NCBI GenBank assembly: GCA_054600435.1
Contig: BAAIJX010000022.1
Location: forward strand, 310,001-374,000
DNA from: Neophaeotheca triangularis
Lineage: Eukaryota
DNA: 64,000 nt
Direction of reading: 5' to 3'
A model generated the notes under the pieces. That model did no database searches and was not told where the DNA came from. It saw only the letters and a list, made by a program, of their open reading frames with translations. Position numbers and translations under genes: made by a program. Shown piece by piece: positions 1 through 10,938 of this stretch. Position 1 is the first letter of the stretch, and each line of letters opens with the position of its first letter.

Positions 1-545
1 TGGACCATGGGCCATCCATCCATGGACGAGAAAGTGCGGAAAAGGTGCGAGGCTATCAACGACTTCCCCCCCCGACAGCACCAGCAAAAAAAAGGGATCC
101 TGGACGCGGTACCCGACAGACTGGCACATTTGCACCGAATATCTGCTCGTAACGTGGCCGCCCGGGTTGTAGTTTTTGTCTTAGTCTCCTTGTTCAGATC
201 ATTAATCACAATAGAATTAAGTAAATAATGTCCTGATTCTTCTCTTCCCTCCACTCCGTAAGCGACGGAGCTACTACGCAGGGCGGCGATTGGATACGAA
301 CGTGTAGTAGTACTGTACCTAGCAAAAGAGACTACTACGACGCATGGAAGTATTATTATTCAATTATTACTGTGACGCGGCTCCAAAAACAACCAACGGC
401 CTTCTCCTTCGGCAGTCAAGCAGGCAGCTCAATAATCTTGGAATAACTACTTTGAGACTTTTGGATACGGATACGGCTGTCCTGGACGAATGTCGACTTG
501 GGTGTTTCCGCCCTTTCTCTGCTCGCTCGGTTGCTTGCTTGCCCT

Positions 546-575
546 TTCTCTCTCTCTCTCTCGCTCTCTCTCTCT
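546..575. repeat. (CT)n microsatellite upstream of TBF1-like gene
   Basis: Run tttctctctctctctctcgctctctctctctc. Confidence 0.85.
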
Positions 576-823
576 CGACCATACTCGTCTTTTCTTTTAG
601 GGCACATCGGCTGCTTCTACCGAGACAGGGCACACCTCATCTTATCAATCTCGACCGACATCCATCCATCTGTCTTGTCCCGTCCCGTCCTGTCCTGGAG
701 CGATATCGGCTGGTCACAAGTTTTGGTGAAAACAGCTGGAGGACCTACCAGACGGCGACGGGCTCCGATGATTGATTGAGCTGAGCTGCTCAGCCCTGTT
801 CCGAAGCCAATCGACTATAACTA

Positions 824-1511
824 ATGCCTCGGGGTGAACATCCCGTTGATATAGACCGGCTCGAACGATTAGTGGTGGCGAGCATGAATCAATGGGATTT
901 TCAGCATCAGCACCAGCACCAGCACCAGCACCAGCATCAGCTCCACCAGCTCGACCCCACGTATTTTGGCGGCCAAGGTGCGACTTCGTCCGTCGATGCC
1001 AATGCGCATCCGCATCATGCCAACGCTGCTTCTTTCAATGCGGCTTCGCTTCCGACGCAGCCCTATCAAGCTGATCAGAGACCGGGAGCCATGACAGGTA
1101 CGTCGTCTCACCACAAACTAGGTCCCTACCCTACACCTCTTCACTCTCGCCATGTGTGTCGCGAGTCTTGTAAAACGTGTACATCGCCCTACTCACACTA
1201 CCATGCAGCAACCTTCCATCTCAACCGCGCCGTCTCGGGCACCCCGTCAGCACCCATGCCGGACGATGCGCATATGCTTGGCCGACAACCGAAGAGAAGG
1301 AGAACGGGCGAGAATCTAAGCCAAGAGGCAACATGGCAATATGGTGGCATGCACGAAGCATCGTCGTTTATCGCGCCCGCGTATGGCAATGTTGAACCTA
1401 GGCAGAGCAACTCGCCCATGCCGCATGATGACTACATGACCAACCCGGCCTTGCGATACGCCAATGCTGCCCCATACGGACAACAGCAACATCAACAGCA
1501 ACATCAACAGC

Positions 1512-1554
<43 letters not shown>

Positions 1555-3427
1555 GCCCACACCAGCATATATGCCGCCATCACAGAGCCCGGCGTTTGCA
1601 TCGCATTGGTCGAACTCTCCTTCTGCTGGACAGCAGCAATATGCAGCCCCTACGAGCTATGCGACTAATCAACCCGGCGGAAGCTCCATGCCAACATACC
1701 CCAATCATCCGGGCGACGTTCATTCGGGGATGGGGTTCGAGGTCCCGGGTTTCCAGAACTACCAGGGCATGGGAACGTTGACGTCTAGCTTTGATGGCTT
1801 GGGCAGTGCACAACGGCAGGCTTCTGGGCAGGCTCGTCCCGCTTCGGGGGTTTCTTTTGAGGATGCAAGCATGCATCTGAAGCTGCAAAGTCTGCCGATG
1901 TTGGATAATTTGGTAAGTCTGAGCATATTCCAAGATGGGAGCGGAGACATGTCCCGCAGACTCCATCTTCGGCAAGCATGGTACTCTGTGAAGGCATCTT
2001 CGAGCTAACTAAAGCGACAGGCGACCCAACTAATACAAACCCTTGCAAAGAGTTCTTGGACTCAGCTGCAGGAACTCATGAGCGGCAGCGAGAACGAAAG
2101 CGTTCAGGCCTACAGCACGGTCAAGAATCTCTTCGATCAAACCCGCAAAGTCTATACGCGAGGAACCCCTTTTATTGACGCCAAAGCTATCCAGCTTTTC
2201 CAACCTCAACAGCAAGAGACTATCCGCAAGGCCAACATTGCAACGTTCGTCGCTTCCATTCTTGGGGCTCACGATGTCAGCTTCTTCCACCTCAATCGCT
2301 TCTTTCTCGAGACTTTCGTGCCGCAGGGATTACGGTTGCTGAAGTGGCAAGGGGTCATATTCCTCGAATTGAAAACCCAGGCTTACATTTACTCTCTGAT
2401 CAACTCGGACGTCACCCCTCAAGCCTCGCTGGACGAGCTTTTCCCAGCCGAACTCGAGCAACACCTACTAAGCCGTCATCCCGACGCACCTTCGTTCTCT
2501 CCCAGCGAGCAAGACTTTACAGACCGCGTCAAAGCCCGGAAAAGCTACTTGGCACCATCATCCTCGATCGCACCAGACATGACCCTCTACGAACTCCCCA
2601 AAAAGTATAACTGGAACGACTTTGTCCGGGAATTTGCCTTTTGCATCAACAAGAACCTCGATTCCTTGCTCAATAACCCCATGCGCGCGAATCAGCCCAT
2701 CTTCAACACCTCCGCAAGCCGCATCGCCACCAATAATCAAGTCCAACATACGGCGCGTGAGAGCTCCCTCTCCTTCCACCACGCCAACCCCCCATCACGC
2801 TCGACAACCTCAACCCCCACCGCCATGGACCGTGCCCGCAGCACCCTCTCTAGCATGCCCATCTCCTCCAACCCCTCCACCCCCGGTGCCCTCCCACAAC
2901 CCTCGAACTCCATCCCGCACTCGAAACCCCCAACACCGACCCGACATGCGACTGCCACAACGACCAACCCTCCCACATCTAACAGCAAAAACCACACCCC
3001 AACACCCCCATCCCACACCCCAACAACTACCGCAACGACCGCCAACTCCACCCCCACCTCCACTCCTACAATCCGCCAACCCTGGACCAAACCCGAAGAA
3101 GACGCCCTCCTCTCCGGCCTGGGCCAAGTAAACGGCCCGCACTGGTCGCAAATCCTCGCTCTCTACGGAAGAGGCGGCTCGCAAAGCGAAGTCCTCAAAG
3201 ATCGCAATCAGGTGCAACTCAAAGATAAAGCTAGAAATTTGAAGTTGTGGTACCTCAAGACTGGGAGGGAGGTTCCGGTGTGTTTGCGCGGGGTCACTGG
3301 GGAGTTGAGGAAGCGCGGAGGTGCGAGGGTTAGGGCTGCGTTGGGGTTGGATGGGGATGGGAATGGTGGGAGCGGGGGTAGGAATGCGGGGGATGTGGAG
3401 GTGGCGAGGGGGAAGGGTGAGGGATGA
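824..3427 (+). CDS. TBF1: Telomere repeat-binding factor with C-terminal Myb/telobox domain
   Basis: Exons 824-1912 and 2021-3427. Intron 1913-2020 (GTAAGT..GCTAAC..CAG) gives SLPMLDNL|ATQLIQTLAK. TRF-like core (IRKANIATF, FLELKTQAYI) and Myb motif RQPWTKPEEDALLSGL...WSQIL...LKDRNQVQLKDKARNLK. Start may be 884; possible extra in-frame intron 1098-1208. Confidence 0.85.
902..950 (+). repeat. (CAGCAC)n coding repeat, His-Gln tract
   Basis: cagcatcagcaccagcaccagcac... encodes QHQHQHQH. Confidence 0.85.
1481..1555 (+). repeat. (CAA)n coding microsatellite, polyglutamine tract
   Basis: Long caacaacaa run encoding QQQHQQQHQ followed by polyQ. Confidence 0.95.
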
Positions 3428-3919
3428 GAGAGCCTAGGGGTCTAGTTACTACCTTGGTTATCCCTCGACGCGCAAGAAACCGCGACTGTGCTTCGAGGTC
3501 GTGTATGTAGTCGGCTTCAGATGAAGAACGTTCTTGTGCCATCTTCGCCTCCTTCTACCTTCCATCTTCTGCCTGACCCGACTTCCCACGCAGGTGTTAG
3601 CGAGAGAGGAGGTTTGCATCCTCGTGACTTTGAGGATGAAATATGTACCCAGGTAAGGTAGATGTACATACCGTAAGTTACCTTACCTACCTTAGGTAGT
3701 AATGCATTTGCACGTGAAGCTTCCCCAGACTGCTGGCCCAAAGAGGAAAGGTCGCTGCCGTCATGCCGGAGCTTCGCCAGCTGCACGCGCCACCTTCAGG
3801 GCTGCATTCGCCACCTTCAGGCGCCAGATTCCACATGACTTGATCCTACTCACATTCCATAACAACACGCCTCCACGCTCGGCACCCTACAAAGTAAAGT
3901 TCCCACACGCGATCCGAAG

Positions 3920-4855
3920 ATGAGATACCAGACGTTCAACTCGCCACAGCCCTCCGCAAACATGTCCCAAGCAGACGTGGAAAAGCACCCTCTCCTCGAA
4001 GACGACGAAGCCGCTACCAACACCAACACCGCCACCGCAAACCTCGAACAAGACCCCAACCACCAACCCAGCCTACGCGAACTTCAAAACAACGTCTTCG
4101 CCGCCCAACGCGCCTACATGCGCGCCTGGTCCCGCACAACCTCGGGAAAATGGCACCGCCGCATAATGCTCACCGTCACAGCGCTGCTCGTCGGCTTCCT
4201 CCTCTTCTGCGGCATCCTCATCACCAACGACGCCCTCACCGACGACGACATGCCCGGCTCCTACTACGGACAGCGCGTGCCCCTCGAAGCGCACATTATG
4301 AGCAAATGCCCCGATGCCCGGGACTGCTTGCACGAGCTCATCCTCCCCGCCATGCAGAATGTCAGCCACAAGGTGGATTTCAAACTCAGCTACATCGGCT
4401 CCGTGACCCATGAGGACGATGGCGTGGCTTGCAAGCACGGCCCGGACGAGTGCTTGGGCAATATCCTCGAACTCTGTGCCGCTTACCTGTACCCGGATCC
4501 CATGCTTTATCTTGGTTTCACCATGTGTTTGTCCAACCAGTACCGCGAAGTGCCGTCGGAGGATCTGGTGAGGGAGTGTGCGTTGGAGCACGGTATTAGC
4601 TTTGAGAAGCTCAACCGCTGTGCTGTGGATGAGGATGGCGGGATGAGTGTGGGGATGTTGAGGGAAAGCTTTGAACGGTCGGCTGCTGCGAATGTGACTA
4701 CTTCGTGCACTGTCAGGCTCGCTGAGAGCGAGTGGTGGTGTGTTAGGGACGGCGCTCAGTGGAAGAATTGCAGCCATGGACACACGGCCGCTGATCTTGT
4801 GAAGAGCATTGAGGACGCTTACGGCATGCCCTCGTGGGATGAGTGGAGGGCTTAG
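3920..4855 (+). CDS. GILT (gamma-interferon-inducible lysosomal thiol reductase) family protein with N-terminal transmembrane segment
   Basis: MSKCPDARDC and CKHGPDECLGN motifs; hydrophobic segment IMLTVTALLVGFLLFCGILI; start 3920 or 3962. Confidence 0.85.
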   Translation: MRYQTFNSPQPSANMSQADVEKHPLLEDDEAATNTNTATANLEQDPNHQPSLRELQNNVFAAQRAYMRAWSRTTSGKWHRRIMLTVTALLVGFLLFCGILITNDALTDDDMPGSYYGQRVPLEAHIMSKCPDARDCLHELILPAMQNVSHKVDFKLSYIGSVTHEDDGVACKHGPDECLGNILELCAAYLYPDPMLYLGFTMCLSNQYREVPSEDLVRECALEHGISFEKLNRCAVDEDGGMSVGMLRESFERSAAANVTTSCTVRLAESEWWCVRDGAQWKNCSHGHTAADLVKSIEDAYGMPSWDEWRA

Positions 4856-5006
4856 GTGTTGGCGAGGCATGTTACGAATAACGCATCAGATTGTACAGAT
4901 TCTGCTTTACTATTCCTCGACTTATCCCCCCTTCGAATCTCATTCAATTTCTCGCATTAACCGCAATATAACATCTATCAAACGCGCACTCCACAACCAG
5001 AAACTA

Positions 5007-5978
5007 TCAAGTAAGCGCGGCACTCCCAATACTACCCACCCCCCCACCGCCAGCCGACCTCTTAAAAGCCGCCGCACCAGTACCCAAACTCAACCCCCTC
5101 CGGTGATGACCATGCTGCAGCACAGCCTTGGGAGCCGCAAGCCTCGACTCAATCAACGAAATCGCAGCTTCCGAATACCTGCGCTTCTGCTTCACAACAG
5201 ACACCGCTTCGCACCCACTCGTCACAGCCGGCTCGTCAACCGCGCGTGGCGAAAAACCAGGCAACTCCGGCACCGGATCCCGCTCCGAATCCAACGTAGC
5301 CGCGCTCCGCGCGCGCCGGAAAACAGGCCCGCCAAGCTCGCCCGCTCTCGCAACCGCCCGCGAAGCAGCCGACAGATCATCCGCGACCTCGTGCGCGAAG
5401 ACGTGGTGCTCGCCGGGTTCATCGGCGGCGGGCCAGTGGAAAGGCTGGGCGTACATGGCGGGCTCGCAGAAGCCCGAGTCGGCGGTGGAAGCGGAGAAGG
5501 AGGGGGCGTGGGTGGAGCCGCGGCGCTCGCGCAGCATGCTCAGGTCCCAGTATTGGGGGCGCGGCCACTGGTGCTGGAAGGGCTGGTCGCCGAAGCAGGC
5601 CTGGGCCCAGGGCGTCGGGGGCGTGAGCGGGGTGAATGGGTAGGGGGAAGGGGGGAGGTGGCCGGACCAGGGCGTCGATGGGCAGCTCGGCGTGGCCTGG
5701 GGTTCGAAACTGGCCAGCAGGTTGTTGCATTGGCGGAGGTAGTCGTGGAGGCTTGCTTGCTGGGTTTCGAGGCTTTGGATGTTGGATTTGCCGAGGGAGC
5801 GGGCCCACTGGTGGTGCTTCTTTTCGCGGCGCGAGAGGTCGCGGTCGACGCGCTGGTCGAGACTGCGCTCGGTGCGGGCTAGCTTGCGGTACAGTTTGCT
5901 CAGCTCTTGGTGCGTGCGGGCCAGCTCGGCGGTGTAGTAGCGGCGCTGTTCGCGGAGGAGGGTGTGGATGGGGTCCAT
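5007..5978 (-). CDS. Hypothetical protein with N-terminal coiled coil
   Basis: 323-aa ATG ORF in good context (aaaATGG), C-ending codon bias, heptad-like N-terminus; no family recognised. Confidence 0.7.
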   Translation of the reverse strand: MDPIHTLLREQRRYYTAELARTHQELSKLYRKLARTERSLDQRVDRDLSRREKKHHQWARSLGKSNIQSLETQQASLHDYLRQCNNLLASFEPQATPSCPSTPWSGHLPPSPYPFTPLTPPTPWAQACFGDQPFQHQWPRPQYWDLSMLRERRGSTHAPSFSASTADSGFCEPAMYAQPFHWPAADEPGEHHVFAHEVADDLSAASRAVARAGELGGPVFRRARSAATLDSERDPVPELPGFSPRAVDEPAVTSGCEAVSVVKQKRRYSEAAISLIESRLAAPKAVLQHGHHRRGLSLGTGAAAFKRSAGGGGVGSIGSAALT

Positions 5979-6799
5979 TTTTGCTTGTCTTAGTATTGTT
6001 CGGTTTGGCGGCGATTAAGCGCAAGAGACCAGCTCAGATACTCTGGCTGCACGATATGACCAAGAGTATTGCGTCTTGGGGAAAGGTATGTATTGACTGA
6101 GCTGGACCTTACGATATGGGCGAGGGAGCCGGTACTTGCGCTTTGATCTGAGAAAGAGGGAAGGGGGATGAGACGATCCATTCTAACTCTATCAAGTGAT
6201 GCCGTGGCTGCAAGACACAATGGATGTTCTTTGATGTCCATTTGGGGGAGGAATTGCCATGCCGAGCCACGAGCCGGCTCTGAAAGCGGCCAAAGACCTT
6301 CCTTCGTTCAGGGATATCTTTTCGCTTTTGCAGTTCGGGTAACAGCTCACGAGTCTTCGTTTGGAAGCTCCTTGCCTTATATCAGAAGACTTCACGACAC
6401 TCTATCGCGGCCACTCCGACAAGCAGCGTGAATTAATCGGTTGATCGTCTCTGAGTTGACGGGGGTGCCAGCAGACTCAGACAAAGAGCGACTGTGGCAG
6501 AAAGGGTTCTTCTACTTGCCGCGGCGCCAACTTCAGAAACAAAGAACTTCTTCGCAAGCGTCCGCCCAGGTAGCGCAGTCTCAATGAATTCCGAAGCCCG
6601 GTCCTCGGGCGCATACCTCGAAGCTTCTGAACGCTTGGCACAAATGGCAGCATGGTAGTAGGCAGATCCGCGCCAAACGCCCTTAATCTCTCAGTAGAGT
6701 CCGCGTCAACAGGCAGAATGTAATCGATCGAAAGCTCAGTAAGCGCCAGCAATGTGTCGCAATACGTGCGCATAGACCGCATAGCCCGGAATGTAACAC

Positions 6800-7837
6800 T
6801 CACTCCTCCTCTTCGGCGAGTACCTGATCCCGCTTGACGCCCATTTCTTCTCCAACATTGCGCACGACTTCTCTTAAAGCCTTGCAAGCTGGACTGTCCC
6901 AGAAGTTATCAAAGAAGCTCTCGCCAAAGTCACAGCTCTGGCCAATTCTAGGATCCAGTGGTACAGCGCCCAAGAAGGGCACGCCAGTTTCTTTTGCTAG
7001 CTTTCTGCCTCCGCCAGTGGTAGCACGGAAGATCTCAGATTGATGCGTGCACTTTGGGCACACGAAACCGCTCATGTTCTCCACAAGCCCGAGCACTCTG
7101 ATGCCAGCTTTACGGCAGAAGTCGATCTCTTTCCGCACATCGAGAAGGGAAACTTCTTGTGGAGTCGTGACCACTACCGCTCCGTCGACACCGCTCTCTT
7201 TGAGAAAGCTATTCACACTGAGATGCTCGTCGGATGTCCCAGGCGGCGTATCAACGACCAAATAGTCCATCTCTCCCCATTCCACATCTTTCAAGAACTG
7301 CTTGATCAGCCCGTTCTTCTTAGGACCTCGCCAGATGACAGCATCGTCTCGGTTGGGCAGCATGAATTGTACACTCATGACTCCAAGATTGTCGCTAACC
7401 CAGACCGGCTCCCATCCTGTCGAAGTGACATGTATCGTCTCCGTTTCCACGCCCATCATCTTGGGAATGCTCGGTCCGCAAATGTCGGTATCCATTATAC
7501 CCACCATATTATCCGGGTTGCTAGCGAAAGCGTGAGCGAGCATTGTCGTAAACGTCGACTTGCCGACACCACCTTTACCAGAGAGTACTAGAAGCTTGTG
7601 TTTGATGCCTGCCAGTCGCTCTGTGATTATGGGGATGTCTGGGTCGGGGCCCTTCGGGGCGCTGGCGCAAATGTTCTGGTTTGGGCATCCTGCGCAGGCA
7701 TCGCCTTTGCCTGCTTGTTGGCTCTCGGGGCCTGGACAGTGTTCTGGTTCGGGCGCTACGAGAGCTGGCGCCTTCTTCAAGTTGGAGTCAAGGGCATCGT
7801 CTACGGGTTGGATGGGCTCTTCCAGTGAAGGCGCCAT
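6800..7837 (-). CDS. NBP35: Cytosolic Fe-S cluster assembly factor NBP35 (Mrp/NBP35 P-loop NTPase)
   Basis: N-terminal EHCPGPES...[10 protein letters not shown] cluster, deviant Walker [32 protein letters not shown]. Confidence 0.97.
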   Translation of the reverse strand: MAPSLEEPIQPVDDALDSNLKKAPALVAPEPEHCPGPESQQAGKGDACAGCPNQNICASAPKGPDPDIPIITERLAGIKHKLLVLSGKGGVGKSTFTTMLAHAFASNPDNMVGIMDTDICGPSIPKMMGVETETIHVTSTGWEPVWVSDNLGVMSVQFMLPNRDDAVIWRGPKKNGLIKQFLKDVEWGEMDYLVVDTPPGTSDEHLSVNSFLKESGVDGAVVVTTPQEVSLLDVRKEIDFCRKAGIRVLGLVENMSGFVCPKCTHQSEIFRATTGGGRKLAKETGVPFLGAVPLDPRIGQSCDFGESFFDNFWDSPACKALREVVRNVGEEMGVKRDQVLAEEEE

Positions 7838-8201
7838 GATTTAGTCAATCTTCTTGGGTTGTTTGAACGTTTGAACCCTAGTTGCTGGTTTGCAGAGTCC
7901 AGATGGTATCGTAGCAGCACAACCAGTCGTAGATGTTCAAGCTCTTTTCTTCACGGACTACGTATCTGGGAAGGTAGACATGTCGATGAATTATCATCCT
8001 TAAGGTTGTTCTGTTGCTGACATATCGAAACCAGGTGACACGCCCGACGTCGGACCCCGCCTTGCCACTCATTCGCCCCACTTTCAGTAGACTCCACCCC
8101 TCAATTTACCTTCTACCAGCACTCACTACTACTTTCTGCCCGGAGGAAAGTGACTTTCGAGAGACTCCTCGCTTCACAGGAATCGTTGGAGGACAGTAAA
8201 C

Positions 8202-9402
8202 ATGTCTCCCAAGACTTTTCTACCGCGTTTTGGCCGGCTTAATGGCCCCTTACGAACCCCTATCCAACGAAGGACGAAGAGCTTTCTAGCACCGCCGTTC
8301 CTCCTAGACGACTATATACCTCGCTATAACTTATTGACCTCTATCCAAGAATCGCGCAAGCGTTCCGAGGCTTATGCTCACCTTCGCAATTGCAATCTCT
8401 GCCCTCGCCTCTGTGGCGTCAATCGCTTTGAAACAACCGGGACTTGCATGGTTGGCTCAGATGTAGTGGTGAATACCATTGCACCGCACTTTGGTGAGGA
8501 ACCATGCATCCAAGGCCATAATGGGTCGGGTTCAGTTTTCTTCAGCGGGTGAGGCCAGCAGGCATACCGATGCGCTTCTCTTGATATTTGCTTGTTACTA
8601 ACGTGGCCTTAGATGCAATCTCCGCTGCAGTTTTTGTCAGAACCACGACATAGCCCATCAAAAGAATGGTTTCAACGTAACACCCGAGGAACTCGCAGAC
8701 TGGTTCGTCAAATTGCAAGATGTGGGCAACGTGCACAACATCAACCTTGTAACGCCGGAGCACGTAGTACCGCAGGTGGTGCTCGCGATCCTGCACGCCA
8801 AGTCGCTTGGTCTGAAGGTGCCCATCGTTTACAACACCTCATCCTTTGACTCGCTTGCCTCGATCGAACTTCTCGACGGGCTCGTAGACATATATCTGCC
8901 GGATTTCAAGGTCTGGAAAGATTCTACTTCCAAGCGCTTGCTCAAAGCTGACAACTATGCCGAAACGGCGATGGAGTCGATCAAAGCTATGCAAGCGCAG
9001 GTAGGAGATCTCTGCTTCACTGCGGATGGCATTGCTCGAAAGGGCGTGTTGTTAAGGCATCTTGTCATGCCCGGGCACGTCGAAGAGGGTAAGCACATTG
9101 TCAGCTGGCTTGCCGAGAACGTGAGTAAGGACTTGTACGTTCACGTCATGGAGCAGTATTTCCCACGAGCGCATGTGGGTAAAGCAAAGAGGAGGGTTTC
9201 CGGCCGGGCCAGGGACGTGGCCGAAGGTGTCGTGGAGCCTGGCGATCAGCCTGCAGGGAAAGATGCGAAGAAGGCTGTGAGATATGAGGATATCAATCGA
9301 CCGGTTCAGCTAGATGAGGTCGATTGTGTTAAAGACGCCGCGAAGCAGGCTGGGTTGTGGCGGATCTTGGAGCCTGCTGAACACGGTGGCTTTAACATTT
9401 GA
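8202..9402 (+). CDS. Radical SAM protein, PflX-like (putative PFL-activating-enzyme family)
   Basis: Exons 8202-8548 and 8613-9402. Intron 8549-8612 (GTGAGG..ACTAAC..TAG) restores FFSGCNLRCSFCQN (CxxxCxxC). Also CNLCPRLCGVNR, PHFGEEP, NINLVTP, DIYLPDFK, RHLVMP. Confidence 0.9.
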
Positions 9403-9499
9403 GACGCGATCGGACTCGTGATGAATTTAGGTGACTCAGGCCTACATCCACCGTCCGTAGATCCAGCGACGATACAACGGGCCAAACACATACGTACTA

Positions 9500-10210
9500 A
9501 TGGTGGAAGCCGGCCCCAGATGCTCCCTTTCGACACTCAAACTTGTCATTCCTTCCGCAATGTCTGGTGACGAACACCGCCAAGATGAAAGAGATAACCA
9601 ACCCTTGCATTCCCAAAGCTGGAACCCCTCTGCCGCACAACCGCAGGAGCATACAAGATCGCTACGACGCATCCTGAGGGATATATCCCAAGAGCTGAGT
9701 GATAACGACGACGCCGGCATATCCGAGTCCCAGGCCGAGACTCTTGCATCGCTCCGATGCACGTTGAGGGAAGCCATACAGGACTCAACTCAAAATTATA
9801 GCACACCACAGCCCGCAGAGAGCCTTGCTATAATGTTCCTGCTTCAAATTATGTTGATGATGGTTCTCCAAAATTCAGACCAACGGGACAGCGAATTGGA
9901 CAACACAGCCAATGCCGCGCAACAGCCCGAGACCCTCGCATCGTTGCAACTCAAGCTTACAGCCGCTTTCCAAGAGATCGAGGACCTAAGCGGAACGTCC
10001 GACGCCGACTTGTTCGCCGCAGACACAGGAAACTCGCAAGCGCCCATTAATGAGCGTGTGGAGCGTCTCCGTGCAAACCGTAGGCGTGTTAGACTCGGAA
10101 GTCGTCCCGCTCGCTTTAAAACTCGAGCAAATGCTCAAACAATACTGGCTGAGGCTCTTGGACCTCCGGCTGGAAGCAATTCGTGGCAAGGAGCCGATGG
10201 CACGTGCTAG
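9500..10210 (+). CDS. Hypothetical/orphan protein with internal degenerate repeats
   Basis: 236-aa ORF (or from ATG 9560) with repeats QAETLASL / QPAESLA / QPETLASL; no family recognised. Confidence 0.5.
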   Translation: MVEAGPRCSLSTLKLVIPSAMSGDEHRQDERDNQPLHSQSWNPSAAQPQEHTRSLRRILRDISQELSDNDDAGISESQAETLASLRCTLREAIQDSTQNYSTPQPAESLAIMFLLQIMLMMVLQNSDQRDSELDNTANAAQQPETLASLQLKLTAAFQEIEDLSGTSDADLFAADTGNSQAPINERVERLRANRRRVRLGSRPARFKTRANAQTILAEALGPPAGSNSWQGADGTC

Positions 10211-10938
10211 TACCCTGCTCGATAGAATCATCACTGTCAATGACATGATTGTTGCTATGGAGGTTTAGCTCGGGGTCTATCTAGGGTGCAAATGAGCCCT
10301 GGGGTTGGACTCTCGGGAGCAGCACGTGGGATTTAGGTGAGGCAGCGTTTTAACAGTTGGCAGGATAGGTACGATGCTTTTGTGGTTGGAGAATCTTATC
10401 GTTAGAGATACCAGTTCAATCAAATTTACGTCTGGCTGTGACACTTCAGAAGCGCTTACGAGAATGCTAAGGCCTTTTGCGGTAAGCCTGCATTCCAGCA
10501 GAGCGATTGGGGCCTGCTATGAACCCTAGCGTCCTCGTGTAGAGTACACCTCTTGCACATATTCAGGCACAACAAGAGAGGTCGCAAGGCCTCTGGAAAC
10601 TTCACAGAAAGTATACGTTCGGCTTAGAGTGGCCGCGTCTTTCCAATCCCCTTGGCTTCCTCGAAAAGCTCGAGTCCTGGCATCTAGCTCAAAGAGTCTC
10701 TTTGTTGTAACCCACTGCGCCAGCTGCTGTCCGCCTTTGGCTATCGACTTTTAACTAAGCATCTCACAAAGAAATCAATCTTGATGCGGCCACGTCGGCG
10801 CTTTATTGTCCAAGAGGACCACTTTCGAGCGACCAGGCCTTCTGGCCCCCCTGCTCCACATATCCTTGCCCTCAGCCAAGTCTCAACTCTCGATACTACG
10901 CTTTACTCCAGCCAAGGAAGACTTAGCTTTCCAACACG

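Noticed and set aside
4809..5882. 357-aa + strand ORF and other long antisense ORFs (4073-4870, 38711-39712, 44489-45277, 48554-49351)
   Set aside because: Shadow frames of GC3-biased genes on the opposite strand; no recognisable motifs
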